64,000 bases of DNA from an uncultured Bacilli bacterium (GTDB lineage: Bacteria > Bacillota_I > Bacilli_A > RF39 > UBA660): contig CAKOPW010000005.1 in the NCBI GenBank assembly GCA_934101115.1, positions 18,697 through 82,696 on the forward strand, given 5' to 3'. A model generated the notes under the pieces. That model made no database searches. It saw nothing but the letters and a program-made list of their open reading frames with translations, and was not told where the DNA came from. Shown here one piece after another: positions 1 to 10,323 of the stretch. The translations under genes were made by a program, and so were the position numbers. Position 1 is the stretch's first letter. Each line of letters begins with the position of its first letter.

Positions 1-627
1 TTATTAGAAATATAAACGTTTATATCTTTCATAAAGTTATTACGATAATCATAAAGTTTAAGTCCTAAATCAACTAACTGCTCGGTTAAGATATCCAAAT
101 AACTTATCGGAGCTGTTCCATTTAAATAAAGAGTTTTTAAATATAAATTTCTTTGTTTTAAAACTTTATTATAAAGAGTTAAAACTTTCAAATAATCATT
201 GCTAAATTGGCTTAATTCAATATTAATAAGCTTTCTTCTAACACTAGGAGTATCTTTTATTAACAATAGATCATGTGAAGTAAATAAAACTATATTGATT
301 TTCGATAAATAATCGCTTAATTTATCTATCTTATTGTTGTTTATCTTAACAGTCTTATCATTTTCTTTAACGATTACCTTATAATCGTTTTTATACTTTT
401 CCTCTACTGTTCCTTCTACTCTAGTTAAATCAGTATTATATCTTATTATTACATTTTCTTTTGTTCCTCTAAAGGACTTTGTAAATGCAAGAACATAGAT
501 AGCTTCAACAATATTGGTTTTCCCCATACCATTTTTACCAATAATTAAATTTTTCTTAGGGTCAAAATCCAAACTTAATTTTTCATAGTTACGAAAATTC
601 AGTAACTTCAAATTCAAAATTTTCATT
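1..627 (-). CDS. recF: DNA replication and repair protein RecF (C-terminal part cut by window edge)
   Basis: Minus-strand translation starts MKILNLKLLNFRNYEKLSLDFDPKKNLIIGKNGMGKTNIVEAIYVLAFTKSFRG, a RecF N-terminus with a Walker A motif. It lies downstream of dnaN in the canonical origin order. Confidence 0.8.
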
Positions 628-730
628 TTTACCCCCTAATTTCAATTTTAAAAGATTTTTAGCATTTTGTGTACTCCTATACACATATTAATTATACCAT
701 AATTTAAGGTACAAAAAAAGAAAAAGTATC

Positions 731-1183
731 CTAATTTAGGTGTTTTTTCTTATATTCAGCTACTAATCTAAGCGTGTTATTATATTGATTATTTAAAATA
801 TAAAAAGATATATCGGCCTCAAAAAATATTCCATTAGAAAATTCAATTATTCCCCTATTACTTTCACTATCTTTTAAGATATTTTTAATATTAATAAAAT
901 TAATCCAAATACAAGATCTAAGCCTTGGAGATTTGGTTGGAAATAATATAATATCGTTAATTTCACTGATAACCAATGGTTGTTTATATTTATGTCCAAC
1001 GTGGTAATTAGTGCTTTCTAATCTACCGTCTAATGAACTACCATACATAAGTGAATTTTTATTTATAATAGTTCTTGGACTGATTTCAACATCAAAAGTA
1101 CTATTTTTTTCAATAATTGTTGCTTTACCCTTTCCATTTGGACATATCGCCAAAGTATCATCTGTAATCATATAATCTTTCAT
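731..1183 (-). CDS. hypothetical protein between dnaN and recF
   Basis: 150-aa ORF at the position where small S4-domain or DUF proteins usually sit in Firmicutes. No motif recognised. Confidence 0.4.
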   Translation of the reverse strand: MKDYMITDDTLAICPNGKGKATIIEKNSTFDVEISPRTIINKNSLMYGSSLDGRLESTNYHVGHKYKQPLVISEINDIILFPTKSPRLRSCIWINFINIKNILKDSESNRGIIEFSNGIFFEADISFYILNNQYNNTLRLVAEYKKKHLN

Positions 1184-1287
1184 AAAACCCTCCTGACGAG
1201 GTTGTATACTAGCATACGTTTTTCAAAAAAATTGTCGAAAAAAAAAGAAAATTACAAAAAATTGCAATTTTCCTTAAATTTATCGGC

Positions 1288-2409
1288 TTAATAAGTCTTT
1301 ATAGGTAATATTAATTGAATTAATGACTCATCAGTAGCTGATTTCAATATAATAGGTTTTGAATCTCCATTCATAAATATTGTTATATCATCACTTGAGA
1401 AAGTTTTTAATGCATCCATCATATATTTAGCACTGAAAGATATTGAAATATCCTCAGAAGTATTCTTATCTATTTCAATATAATCCTCAACTTTTCCAAT
1501 TTCAGAAGCAAATGATGATATTTCTAACATATTTTCTTTAGTTTCCATCTTTATAATATTTTTTTCTTTGCTTTGAGCAAGTAAAGCAGCACGATCAATA
1601 GATGAGAATAAATCATTAAGTTTAGTAGTAATTATAAATATGAAATCATTTGGAATAAATGATGAAGTATTTGGATAAGTTCCATTTAATAAGTTAGATT
1701 GGAAGTCAACATGCTCATATCTAAACAATATTTTGTTATTAAATACATGGATTTCAACATTTTCTTCATTATCTTCTAATATTTTATCTAAATTATCAAC
1801 ATTTTTTCCAGGAATAACGATATCCACTGGTTCACTTATAGTTTGATCTAAAATAATTGTCTTTTTAGCTAAACGATATGAATCAGTTGCAATTGCTTCT
1901 AAGACATTGCCATTAACTTTAATATTAATACCTGTAAGTAATGGACGTGATTCTTGAGTTGATATAGCAAATATTACTTGTTTAATTAATGTTTTTAATT
2001 CTGTTGCTTTTAAATTAATATATTCATCCTTTGTTTCTATATCTATTTGTGGATAATCTAAACTATTTAAACAATTTAAGTTATATTTACTATGTTCAGT
2101 GTAAATCATTATCTTTAAATCGTCAATAACTTCAAAGTTTACAACATCACTTGGCATTTTTCTAATGATATCTATTAAAAATTTACTTTGAATAATGATT
2201 GTTCCTGTAGAATCAATGCTTTCTATTTTATCACTTGGGATAAACGATTTAATAGTTAAATCTGTATCACTTGCCATTAATGTAAGTCCTTCATTAGTAA
2301 GTTCAAACTTTATTCCATTAAGTATTGGGATAATATTTCTACTTGATATTGCTTTGCTTACATTCACTAATTGGTCTAAAATAATATTTTTCTTAATTTT
2401 AAATTTCAT
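1288..2409 (-). CDS. dnaN: DNA polymerase III beta sliding clamp
   Basis: 373 aa. N-terminus MKFKIKKNIILDQLVNVSKAISSRNIIPILNGIKFELTNEGLTLMASDTDL is typical DnaN. Lies immediately downstream of dnaA. Confidence 0.92.
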   Translation of the reverse strand: MKFKIKKNIILDQLVNVSKAISSRNIIPILNGIKFELTNEGLTLMASDTDLTIKSFIPSDKIESIDSTGTIIIQSKFLIDIIRKMPSDVVNFEVIDDLKIMIYTEHSKYNLNCLNSLDYPQIDIETKDEYINLKATELKTLIKQVIFAISTQESRPLLTGINIKVNGNVLEAIATDSYRLAKKTIILDQTISEPVDIVIPGKNVDNLDKILEDNEENVEIHVFNNKILFRYEHVDFQSNLLNGTYPNTSSFIPNDFIFIITTKLNDLFSSIDRAALLAQSKEKNIIKMETKENMLEISSFASEIGKVEDYIEIDKNTSEDISISFSAKYMMDALKTFSSDDITIFMNGDSKPIILKSATDESLIQLILPIKTY

Positions 2410-2550
2410 ATAATATTCCTTCTTTCTTTTTTTATATTATTTTTATTATTAGTGTTGAAAATGTTGAAAACTATGTTTACACCTTTATTTCCATACATTT
2501 TACACATTATTTTTCACTTTTAAGTGTTAATAACTTACAACTTATTAACA
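2410..2550. promoter_or_regulatory. oriC DnaA-box cluster between dnaA and dnaN
   Basis: Tandem TGTTGAAAA 9-mers at 2454-2462 and 2462-2470 (complement TTTTCAACA) in an AT-rich spacer. Confidence 0.5.
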
Positions 2551-3900
2551 TTAATTCATGATTTTATCTTTAATTTTATTAATTTCTTCTCTTAGTTCTT
2601 CATCTTTTTTAAATGATTCCCCTATCTTATCACATGCATGGATAACTGTTGCGTGATCTCGGTTGAATTCAAGTCCTATTTTATCCAGTGTTTCCTCAGT
2701 TGTCATTTTACATAAGTAAATAGCAACTTGCCTTGCATGATTGATAATCGCGGTTCTTTTCTTGCTTTTTAATGATTCTACTGTCAAGTCATAATACTCA
2801 GCAACAGCTTTTTGAATCTTTTGTATATTATTCGTGATATACACGGAAGAACCTATATAATCTTTTAAAGCATCTTTTGCAAATTCTAAGTTGATTTCTT
2901 TTGGTGAGTACATTGCTGTTACAGCATATAAACGATTAATCGCACCTTCCAAGTGTCTTACGTCATTTTCACAGTTATTTGCAATATACTCTAAAACTTC
3001 CGGAGCTATAAGTTTACTAACTTCATGCCCAGCAATCTTATTTTTAACTATCTTTAATCTAAGTTCATAATCTGGAGGCATTATATTAACTGTAAGTCCC
3101 CAAGTAAACCTTGTTCTCAAACGCTCTTCTAGTACTTTTAAGTCATCTGGACTTCTATCCGAAGATATAATTATCTGTTTATTTAAGCTATATAATTCAT
3201 TAAAAGTATTAAAAAATTCATCTTGAGTTTTATTTGCACCACCTAAGAATTGAATATCATCTATTATTAAAACATCAACACTTCGATATTTTTCCTTAAA
3301 ATGAGCAATCAGATCTAAATTATTATCATCTTTTCTATTTATCTGTGTAAAATCGGTAATAAAGCGTTCACTAGTAACGTAAAGCACGGTTTTATTAAGA
3401 TTTTCCTTAACAAAATTACCAATTGCATGCATTAAATGTGTTTTGCCTAACCCACTCTTTCCATATATAAAAAGCGGATTATAAAGTTTTCCAGGCTGCT
3501 CAGCAACAGATAAACCAACTGTTTGAGCAAGTCTATTTGAATTTCCTACCACAAAATTATCAAAAGTATAATTCGGATTTAAATTGCTATTATTATCTTT
3601 AAACTTCGGAATATCTATAACCGGTTCTTCAATAATAACCTCTTCTTCTTTAATATCATCCTTACAAATTACTTCAAAATCAAATTCATCATCACTTATT
3701 TCTTTTAAGACATCTTTAATAATATTTTCATAATAATTATTAATGTAGTCCTTTTTATACTTATTTGCTGCACATATCACCAAATTATGGTTATCCAAAC
3801 TAATAATTTCAGCATCTTTAAACCAAGTGTTAAATGAAATATTATTTAACTTACTGCTAAGGACATTCAAAAAATTGTTCCAAAAATTCTCCTTCTCCAT
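2551..3900 (-). CDS. dnaA: chromosomal replication initiator DnaA
   Basis: 449 aa. AAA+ Walker A GKSGLGKTHLMHAIGN and a C-terminal DNA-binding domain. Flanked by DnaA-box clusters. Confidence 0.95.
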   Translation of the reverse strand: MEKENFWNNFLNVLSSKLNNISFNTWFKDAEIISLDNHNLVICAANKYKKDYINNYYENIIKDVLKEISDDEFDFEVICKDDIKEEEVIIEEPVIDIPKFKDNNSNLNPNYTFDNFVVGNSNRLAQTVGLSVAEQPGKLYNPLFIYGKSGLGKTHLMHAIGNFVKENLNKTVLYVTSERFITDFTQINRKDDNNLDLIAHFKEKYRSVDVLIIDDIQFLGGANKTQDEFFNTFNELYSLNKQIIISSDRSPDDLKVLEERLRTRFTWGLTVNIMPPDYELRLKIVKNKIAGHEVSKLIAPEVLEYIANNCENDVRHLEGAINRLYAVTAMYSPKEINLEFAKDALKDYIGSSVYITNNIQKIQKAVAEYYDLTVESLKSKKRTAIINHARQVAIYLCKMTTEETLDKIGLEFNRDHATVIHACDKIGESFKKDEELREEINKIKDKIMN

Positions 3901-4174
3901 TTAACCACCCTAATTCAAATTCGATTTTGTCTAACTAAGTAAATTGTAAATCACTTTTGTTGAAAAATAAAGTACAATATTAAAAAATTATGTTATCAAC
4001 ACGTTATCAACAAACTTATTAACAATTTATGTACTATAATAACGTAAAAAAATTGACTTTTCAACACTTTCAACAAATTATTTAAAAAAGTTTTCAAACG
4101 GTGGAAAAAGTTTTAAACAATTAACGTTGAAAAGTTGAAAACTGCTAAATTTACCGAAAATAACGCAAAAATAA
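3901..4174. promoter_or_regulatory. oriC region upstream of dnaA with DnaA-box-like 9-mers and AT-rich unwinding region
   Basis: TTATCAACA at 3993-4001 and 4004-4012. TTTTCAACA at 4058-4066 and CTTTCAACA at 4068-4076. GTTGAAAAG and GTTGAAAAC at 4126-4143. Confidence 0.6.
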
Positions 4175-4237
4175 TTGACTTATACAACCTATTATTATAT
4201 AATAACCTTGCTTTTGAGATGTGGAGGTGGAACAAGA

Positions 4238-4360
4238 ATGAAAAGAACATTTCAACCAAATAATCGTAAAAAATCAAAAAAACATGGATTCTTTGCACGT
4301 AAAAATTCTAAGATACTAAAAACTAGAAGAGCAAAAGGAAGAAAAATTTTAAGTAGATAA
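4238..4360 (+). CDS. rpmH: 50S ribosomal protein L34
   Basis: [40 protein letters not shown]. The ORF-track start is upstream; the internal Met matches the L34 N-terminus. Confidence 0.9.
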   Translation: MKRTFQPNNRKKSKKHGFFARKNSKILKTRRAKGRKILSR

Positions 4361-4363
4361 TAT

Positions 4364-4386
4364 AAGCCACTTTTGTGGCTTTTTAT
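4364..4386 (+). terminator. hairpin plus T-run after rpmH
   Basis: aagccacttttgtggctt followed by ttttt. Confidence 0.45.
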
Positions 4387-4411
4387 TCTATATAAAAAAA
4401 GGAGGGTAATT

Positions 4412-4729
4412 ATGAAAAAATATGAAACAATTAAAGAACATAAGGAATTTGATTATATAATCCATAAATGCCCTTACAAAAAAAGTAATAGTTTTATTAT
4501 ATATAATAAGGAAAGCAATTTTAATTATCCACGATTTGGTATAGCTGTATCAAAAAAACTTGGAAATGCGGTTACACGTAATCGAGCTAAAAGGGTAGTT
4601 AGAGAATTAATTCATAATAATAAAAAGTTGTTTAAAAATAATAAAGATTATATTATAATAATTAAAAAAGGTCTTCTTGATTTATCTTATAAAGAATTAA
4701 CTGATGAATTGATTAAGACATTAAGATAG
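4412..4729 (+). CDS. rnpA: ribonuclease P protein component
   Basis: Basic small protein with RFGIAVSKKLGNAVTRNRAKRVVRE (the RNase P protein RNR motif region). Position after rpmH. Confidence 0.85.
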   Translation: MKKYETIKEHKEFDYIIHKCPYKKSNSFIIYNKESNFNYPRFGIAVSKKLGNAVTRNRAKRVVRELIHNNKKLFKNNKDYIIIIKKGLLDLSYKELTDELIKTLR

Positions 4730-4737
4730 GTGGGAAT

Positions 4738-5667
4738 ATGAAAAAGAAGATATTTATTATAGTTGCAATCGTGTTAGTAACGTTGACTGGTTGTAATAAA
4801 ACTTTAGTTGATGGAGACAAGAAAAGAGTAATTGATGAAAAAACTGGACAAAGCTTATCAGCAAATATTCTATGTTTACCAGAAAACGAAGAAATCCTAG
4901 CAAATTATCAAAAATATGAAGAATACATGGATGTTAAATTAAGTGATTTACCTAAATGTTCAGCAATGAAAGTTTACGATAAAAAAGCTTATAACGGACT
5001 TTGGGTACAATTATTTGTCCGTCCACTTGCTTGGGTAATAATTAATCTTGGTAAGCTTTTAGGAAATTATGGTGTATCTGTTATGGTAATCGGTATTATC
5101 ATTAGATTAATAATGATGCCATTCAGTGCCAAAACAATTAAACAACAAGAAAGCTTAAAGAAAGCTCAACCAGAACTAGAAAGAATTGAAAGAAAATATA
5201 AAGATTGTACAGATCAAGAAGCTATGATGCAAAAGAGTCAAGATACCTTAGCAGTTTATAAAAAATATAATATAAACCCAATGAGTAGTTGTTTAGTATC
5301 GTTTATTCAATTACCTTTATTCTTTGCATTCCTAGAAGCAATAAATAGAGTACCTGCAATATTTGAAAACAACTTCTGGAAATTCCAATTGGGAACAACA
5401 CCACTTGTTGGTATCAAAGAGGGAAATTATTATTACATAATTTTAATAGTTTTAATTGTATTGTTTACAGCTTTATCATTTAAAATGACAATGTCTCAAA
5501 CAAGTGCTACTACAGAAAGTGGTATTCAATCAAAATACATGATGATATTCATGACAGTGTTTATTGGAATAGCATCAATTCAACTACCATCTGCTATTGC
5601 ACTATATTGGGTAGTAACAAATGCATTTAATGTATTCCAAACAATATTGTTTAAGAAAGTAGGTTAA
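4738..5667 (+). CDS. yidC: membrane protein insertase YidC/SpoIIIJ family (lipoprotein)
   Basis: Lipoprotein signal ending LTGC, multiple TM segments, conserved position after rnpA. Confidence 0.85.
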   Translation: MKKKIFIIVAIVLVTLTGCNKTLVDGDKKRVIDEKTGQSLSANILCLPENEEILANYQKYEEYMDVKLSDLPKCSAMKVYDKKAYNGLWVQLFVRPLAWVIINLGKLLGNYGVSVMVIGIIIRLIMMPFSAKTIKQQESLKKAQPELERIERKYKDCTDQEAMMQKSQDTLAVYKKYNINPMSSCLVSFIQLPLFFAFLEAINRVPAIFENNFWKFQLGTTPLVGIKEGNYYYIILIVLIVLFTALSFKMTMSQTSATTESGIQSKYMMIFMTVFIGIASIQLPSAIALYWVVTNAFNVFQTILFKKVG

Positions 5668-5671
5668 AATT

Positions 5672-6286
5672 ATGAAGTATGAAGTATTTGAAGGAAAAAC
5701 AGAAGAAGAAGCAAAAGAAAAAGCATTAACTGAATTAAATATAAGTGAAAATGAATGTTTAACTCGTGTAGAAAAAATTCATACAGGACTTCTAAAAAAA
5801 GAATCAGTTAAGTTATATGTCTACAAACTAACAGATATAGTTGATTATTTAAAGGAATACCTTGAATCAATTATAAGTGGTATGGGAATAAAAGTTACTT
5901 TTGAATCAAAGATTAGAGATGAACAAATAACTATAAAGATGTATTCTGATAATAATAAAATACTTATCGGTCATAATGGTCAAACATTAAACTCTTTAAC
6001 AACTATTTGTAAACAAGTAGTTATGAATGAAATAAAAAGTTATCCATATTTAATATTAGATGTAGAAAACTATAAAGAAAAACAAGTTAAATATTTAGAA
6101 AGACTTGCAAAAAATATTGCACGTGAAGTTAAATCAACTCATGAACCAGTTGAACTTGAAAATATGAATTCTTATGAAAGAAGAGTAATTCATAATATTT
6201 TAACTGATGATAAATATGTTTATACTGAAAGTACTGGAGAAGAACCAAATAGACACGTAGTAATTAAACCTAAAGAGAATAAATAA
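5672..6286 (+). CDS. jag: Jag/KhpB KH-R3H RNA-binding protein
   Basis: 204 aa. R3H-like C-terminus YERRVIHNIL. Follows yidC as in other Firmicutes. Confidence 0.75.
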   Translation: MKYEVFEGKTEEEAKEKALTELNISENECLTRVEKIHTGLLKKESVKLYVYKLTDIVDYLKEYLESIISGMGIKVTFESKIRDEQITIKMYSDNNKILIGHNGQTLNSLTTICKQVVMNEIKSYPYLILDVENYKEKQVKYLERLAKNIAREVKSTHEPVELENMNSYERRVIHNILTDDKYVYTESTGEEPNRHVVIKPKENK

Positions 6287-6347
6287 TTCTCTTTTTTTTT
6301 TCAATTGTAAGTGTTAAAATATGAGTGTGTTTGAAGGAGGCCAAGTT

Positions 6348-7703
6348 ATGAACGAAAATATATGTGCAATATCCACTGCTTTAGGTGTTGGAGCAATTTC
6401 AATAGTTAGATGTTCTGGACCAGATGTAATAAGTATTGTAAATAAAATATTTAAGGGAACAAATTTAGAAAATGTCTCCAGTCATACTATTCATTATGGA
6501 CATATCGTTGACGGTTATGATGTAATTGATGAAGTACTTGTAAGTGTAATGCGCGCTCCTAAAACTTTTACTAAGGAAGATGTAGTAGAAATAAACTGTC
6601 ATGGTGGAATTTCTACAACAAACAAGGTATTAGAATTATTACTTGTGAGTGGTTGCCGTATGGCTACTCCTGGTGAATTTACTAAAAAAGCTTTTTTAAA
6701 TGGTAGAATTGATTTAACTGAGGCTGAAGGAATTCAAGAACTTATTTCTTCAGAAGGAGAAGAAGCTAGAAAATATGCCATGAATAAAGTAGAAGGAAAT
6801 CTAAAAAATATTATAAAATCCATAAGAGAAGAACTTGTTAATTTAAGTGCTGTTCTTGAAGTTAACTATGATTACCCAGAAGAAACTGATAATCCAGAAA
6901 TGACTTATGATTTATTAAGTACTAAATTAAAAGATATTGATACGTCTTTAAAGTCTTTAGTGAGTTCAACAGAAAACATTCAATTTGTCTCAAATGGAAT
7001 AGATTTAGCAATAATTGGAAAACCAAATGTAGGAAAAAGTAGTATTTTAAATCATTTAACTAATGAAAATAAAGCAATAGTTACCAATATTGCCGGAACA
7101 ACAAGAGATGTTGTGTATGGATCCATATTTTTAAATGGGGTTAAATTCAACTTAATCGACACAGCTGGAATAAGAGAAAGTGATGATTTAGTAGAACAAA
7201 TAGGTGTAACACGTAGTAAAGAAGCGATTATGTCTTCAGATTTAGTTGTTTTTGTTTTAAACAACAATGAACCAATAACTCAAGAAGAATTAGATGTTAT
7301 TAACACTGAAACTTCTGCTAAAAAAATAATTTTTATCAACAAATGTGATCTTGAAGAGAAAATCAATTTGGATAAATTAAAGGATTATACGATTTGCTAT
7401 GGAAATACAGTAGAAGCAAATGGTTTGGATTCATTAAAACAAACTATAATAGAATTGTTTAATCTTGATGAATTAAAAAGTAAAAACTATAATTATTTAT
7501 CAAATGCAAGACATATTGCTTTAGTAAAAGAAGCCGTTTCCGCTGTGGAAAACGGAATAGAATCTGCAGAAAATGGACTTCCATTTGAAATGATTTCAGT
7601 CGATATAAATGAAGCATATGATCTTTTAGGAGAAATAATTGGAGCAGTTTATAAAGATGAATTGTTAGACACTTTATTTTCTAAATTTTGTCTAGGAAAG
7701 TAG
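6348..7703 (+). CDS. mnmE: tRNA modification GTPase MnmE
   Basis: G domain GKPNVGKSSILN and DTAGIRE, C-terminal CLGK. Confidence 0.9.
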   Translation: MNENICAISTALGVGAISIVRCSGPDVISIVNKIFKGTNLENVSSHTIHYGHIVDGYDVIDEVLVSVMRAPKTFTKEDVVEINCHGGISTTNKVLELLLVSGCRMATPGEFTKKAFLNGRIDLTEAEGIQELISSEGEEARKYAMNKVEGNLKNIIKSIREELVNLSAVLEVNYDYPEETDNPEMTYDLLSTKLKDIDTSLKSLVSSTENIQFVSNGIDLAIIGKPNVGKSSILNHLTNENKAIVTNIAGTTRDVVYGSIFLNGVKFNLIDTAGIRESDDLVEQIGVTRSKEAIMSSDLVVFVLNNNEPITQEELDVINTETSAKKIIFINKCDLEEKINLDKLKDYTICYGNTVEANGLDSLKQTIIELFNLDELKSKNYNYLSNARHIALVKEAVSAVENGIESAENGLPFEMISVDINEAYDLLGEIIGAVYKDELLDTLFSKFCLGK

Positions 7704-7712
7704 GAATGACTT

Positions 7713-9587
7713 ATGAAATATGATGTAATAGTAGTTGGAGGCGGACATGCCGGTTGTGAAGCTGCATCTGCAGCCGCAAGATGTGGATGTCTTACAGCGC
7801 TTATCACTTCCAATTTAAAAAATATAGCTGATATGCCTTGTAATCCAAGTATTGGTGGAACAGCAAAAGGAATTGTTGTAAGGGAAGTAGACGCTTTAGG
7901 TGGTTTAATGGGACGTGTAGCTGATATGTCTCATTTACAAATAAAAATGCTAAATTCTAGTAAAGGTCCAGCTGTTAAAAGCCTTCGTGCTCAAGGAGAT
8001 AAAATTACTTATCCTAAAAATATGGTAAATGAATTAAAAAAATTAGAAAACCTTGAAATAATAGAAGGAATGGTTGAGGATTTAATTGTTGAAGATAATT
8101 CTATTAAAGGAGTAATCTTGGATAATGGAGATAAATACTCTTGTACATCTTTAGTATTAACAACCGGAACATACTTAAAAAGTAAAATTTTAGTAGGGGA
8201 TACTCATAAATACGAAGGACCTCATGGAGAAGTTAGTAGCAAACATCTTTCTGATAAATTAAGAGCCCTTGGATTAGAAATTCAAAGATTAAAAACTGGA
8301 ACTCCTCAAAGAATAGACCCAACAACAGTTGATTATTCAGTTTTAACTGAGGAATTAGGTGATGATGAATTACTTGCATTCTCTTTTGATAGAAAACCGG
8401 ATTATGATCCTAAAAAGCAAAGAAAATGTTATTTAGTTTACACAAATGAAGAAACTCATAAAATAATAAGAGATAATTTGGAAAAATCAGCAATGTATGG
8501 TGGTTATGCTGAAGGAATAGGTCCACGTTACTGTCCAAGTATTGAGGATAAAGTAGTTCGTTTTAAAGATAAAGAAAGACATCAATTATTTCTAGAACCT
8601 GAAAGTGATTTTTATCCAGATTTATATTTACAAGGTTTTTCAACATCTATGCCAATAGACGTTCAAGAAAAAATGGTTCATAGTTTAAAAGGGTTAGAAC
8701 ATGCTAAAATATTAAAATATGCTTATGCAATTGAATATGATGCAATCAATCCGTTACAAATGAAACCATCTTTGGAATCTAAGGTTATAAATGGATTATT
8801 TACAGCTGGTCAAATAAATGGTACAAGTGGGTATGAAGAAGCTGCTGGTCAAGGTATAATTGCTGGAATTAATGCAAGTCAAAAAGTAAAAGGTGAAGAA
8901 CCTCTAATTTTAAAAAGAAATGAAGCTTATATCGGTGTATTAATTGATGATTTAGTAACAAAGGGAACAAAAGAACCTTATAGATTATTAACTAGCCGTG
9001 CTGAATATCGTTTAGTTTTAAGACATGATAATGCTGATTTAAGATTAAGAAGTATTGGCTATAAATATGGTTCTGTAACCGAAGAACAAATGAATAATTT
9101 AAATCGAAAGAAAGAAAGTATTGCTTGTTTAAAAGATGAGCTTGCAAGCATTAAAGTTAATGCTCATAATGTTACAAAAGAAATACTAGAATCTTTAGAA
9201 ACTGATACTTTTGAAGTAGGAATGAGCCTTTTAAATTTACTAAAAAGACCACAAATAAAAATAAGTATGTTAAAACCATACTTAGAAAACACTTATACTG
9301 ATGAAGTTCTTGAAATAGTTGAAGTAGAAATTAAATATGCTGGTTATATTGAAAAAACAAATCGTGAAATAGAAAAAATGTTAAAGTTAGAAAGTAAACA
9401 AATTCCTGATGATATTGATTATGACAAAGTATCAAATATTGCCAGTGAAGCTAAACAAAAATTAAAACAAATTCGTCCTCAAACTTTAGCTCAAGCAACA
9501 CGTATAAGTGGAGTAAATTTAACGGATATATCTGTACTTTCAGTTTATCTAAAAAAACATTATAGTAAGGATTTAAAAGATGAATAA
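7713..9587 (+). CDS. mnmG: tRNA uridine 5-carboxymethylaminomethyl modification enzyme MnmG (GidA)
   Basis: FAD motif VIVVGGGHAGCEAA. 624 aa. Confidence 0.95.
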   Translation: MKYDVIVVGGGHAGCEAASAAARCGCLTALITSNLKNIADMPCNPSIGGTAKGIVVREVDALGGLMGRVADMSHLQIKMLNSSKGPAVKSLRAQGDKITYPKNMVNELKKLENLEIIEGMVEDLIVEDNSIKGVILDNGDKYSCTSLVLTTGTYLKSKILVGDTHKYEGPHGEVSSKHLSDKLRALGLEIQRLKTGTPQRIDPTTVDYSVLTEELGDDELLAFSFDRKPDYDPKKQRKCYLVYTNEETHKIIRDNLEKSAMYGGYAEGIGPRYCPSIEDKVVRFKDKERHQLFLEPESDFYPDLYLQGFSTSMPIDVQEKMVHSLKGLEHAKILKYAYAIEYDAINPLQMKPSLESKVINGLFTAGQINGTSGYEEAAGQGIIAGINASQKVKGEEPLILKRNEAYIGVLIDDLVTKGTKEPYRLLTSRAEYRLVLRHDNADLRLRSIGYKYGSVTEEQMNNLNRKKESIACLKDELASIKVNAHNVTKEILESLETDTFEVGMSLLNLLKRPQIKISMLKPYLENTYTDEVLEIVEVEIKYAGYIEKTNREIEKMLKLESKQIPDDIDYDKVSNIASEAKQKLKQIRPQTLAQATRISGVNLTDISVLSVYLKKHYSKDLKDE

Positions 9588-10302
9588 AGAAGAATTTGTA
9601 AATGAATTATCTAAATTTGATATCAAAATAGCTGCTGAAACATTAGAAAAATTTAATATTTATATAGAAGAACTCTTAAAATATAATGAACACACAAACT
9701 TAACAGCAATAAGAGATTATGATTCAGTTTTACTAAAACATTTTTTTGATTCTCTTATGATAGAAAGATTTTATGACTTTTCATCAGTAGAAACCTTACT
9801 TGATATTGGAACAGGTGCTGGTTTTCCAGGCATGGTTTTAGCTATAATGCATCCAAATATTAAAGTAACTTTATTGGACTCAAATAATAAAAAGTTGAAA
9901 TTTCTAGAGTTATTAACAATAAAATTAGGTATAAAAAATGTTGAAATAGTTCACGAAAGAGCTGAAGAATATGCGAATAAACGAAGAGAATATTATGACG
10001 TTGTTACATCCCGTGCTGTAAGTGACTTACAAATTTTATCTGAACTAAGTATACCTTTTTGTAAGTTAAATGGATATTTTATACCTCTTAAAGGTAATAT
10101 TGAAGAAGAATTAAAAAGAAGCAACAAAATAATAGCTACGTTGGGTGGAAACATTGAAAAAACATTTACTTATAAATTAATAAAAGAGGATTCTCTTAGA
10201 AATATTATTTTAATTAAAAAGATAAAGAAAACTCCTGATAAGTATCCTCGTGCATATTCAAAAATTAAAAATGATGTTGAAAAAAGTAGTAAAATAAAGT
10301 AA
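9580..10302 (+). CDS. rsmG: 16S rRNA (guanine527-N7)-methyltransferase RsmG (GidB)
   Basis: SAM motif LDIGTGAGFPG. Follows mnmG. Confidence 0.9.
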   Translation: MNKEEFVNELSKFDIKIAAETLEKFNIYIEELLKYNEHTNLTAIRDYDSVLLKHFFDSLMIERFYDFSSVETLLDIGTGAGFPGMVLAIMHPNIKVTLLDSNNKKLKFLELLTIKLGIKNVEIVHERAEEYANKRREYYDVVTSRAVSDLQILSELSIPFCKLNGYFIPLKGNIEEELKRSNKIIATLGGNIEKTFTYKLIKEDSLRNIILIKKIKKTPDKYPRAYSKIKNDVEKSSKIK

Positions 10303-10323
10303 TATTAGTATAGAATAATTGGG

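Noticed and set aside
2195-2413. 72-aa plus-strand ORF inside dnaN
   Set aside because: Antisense to a confidently identified dnaN. AT-rich frames commonly stay open.
4113-4298. 61-aa minus-strand ORF across oriC and rpmH
   Set aside because: Lies in the DnaA-box region and antisense to the well-supported rpmH gene. Hydrophobic junk translation.
7052-7267. 71-aa minus-strand ORF inside mnmE
   Set aside because: Antisense shadow ORF.
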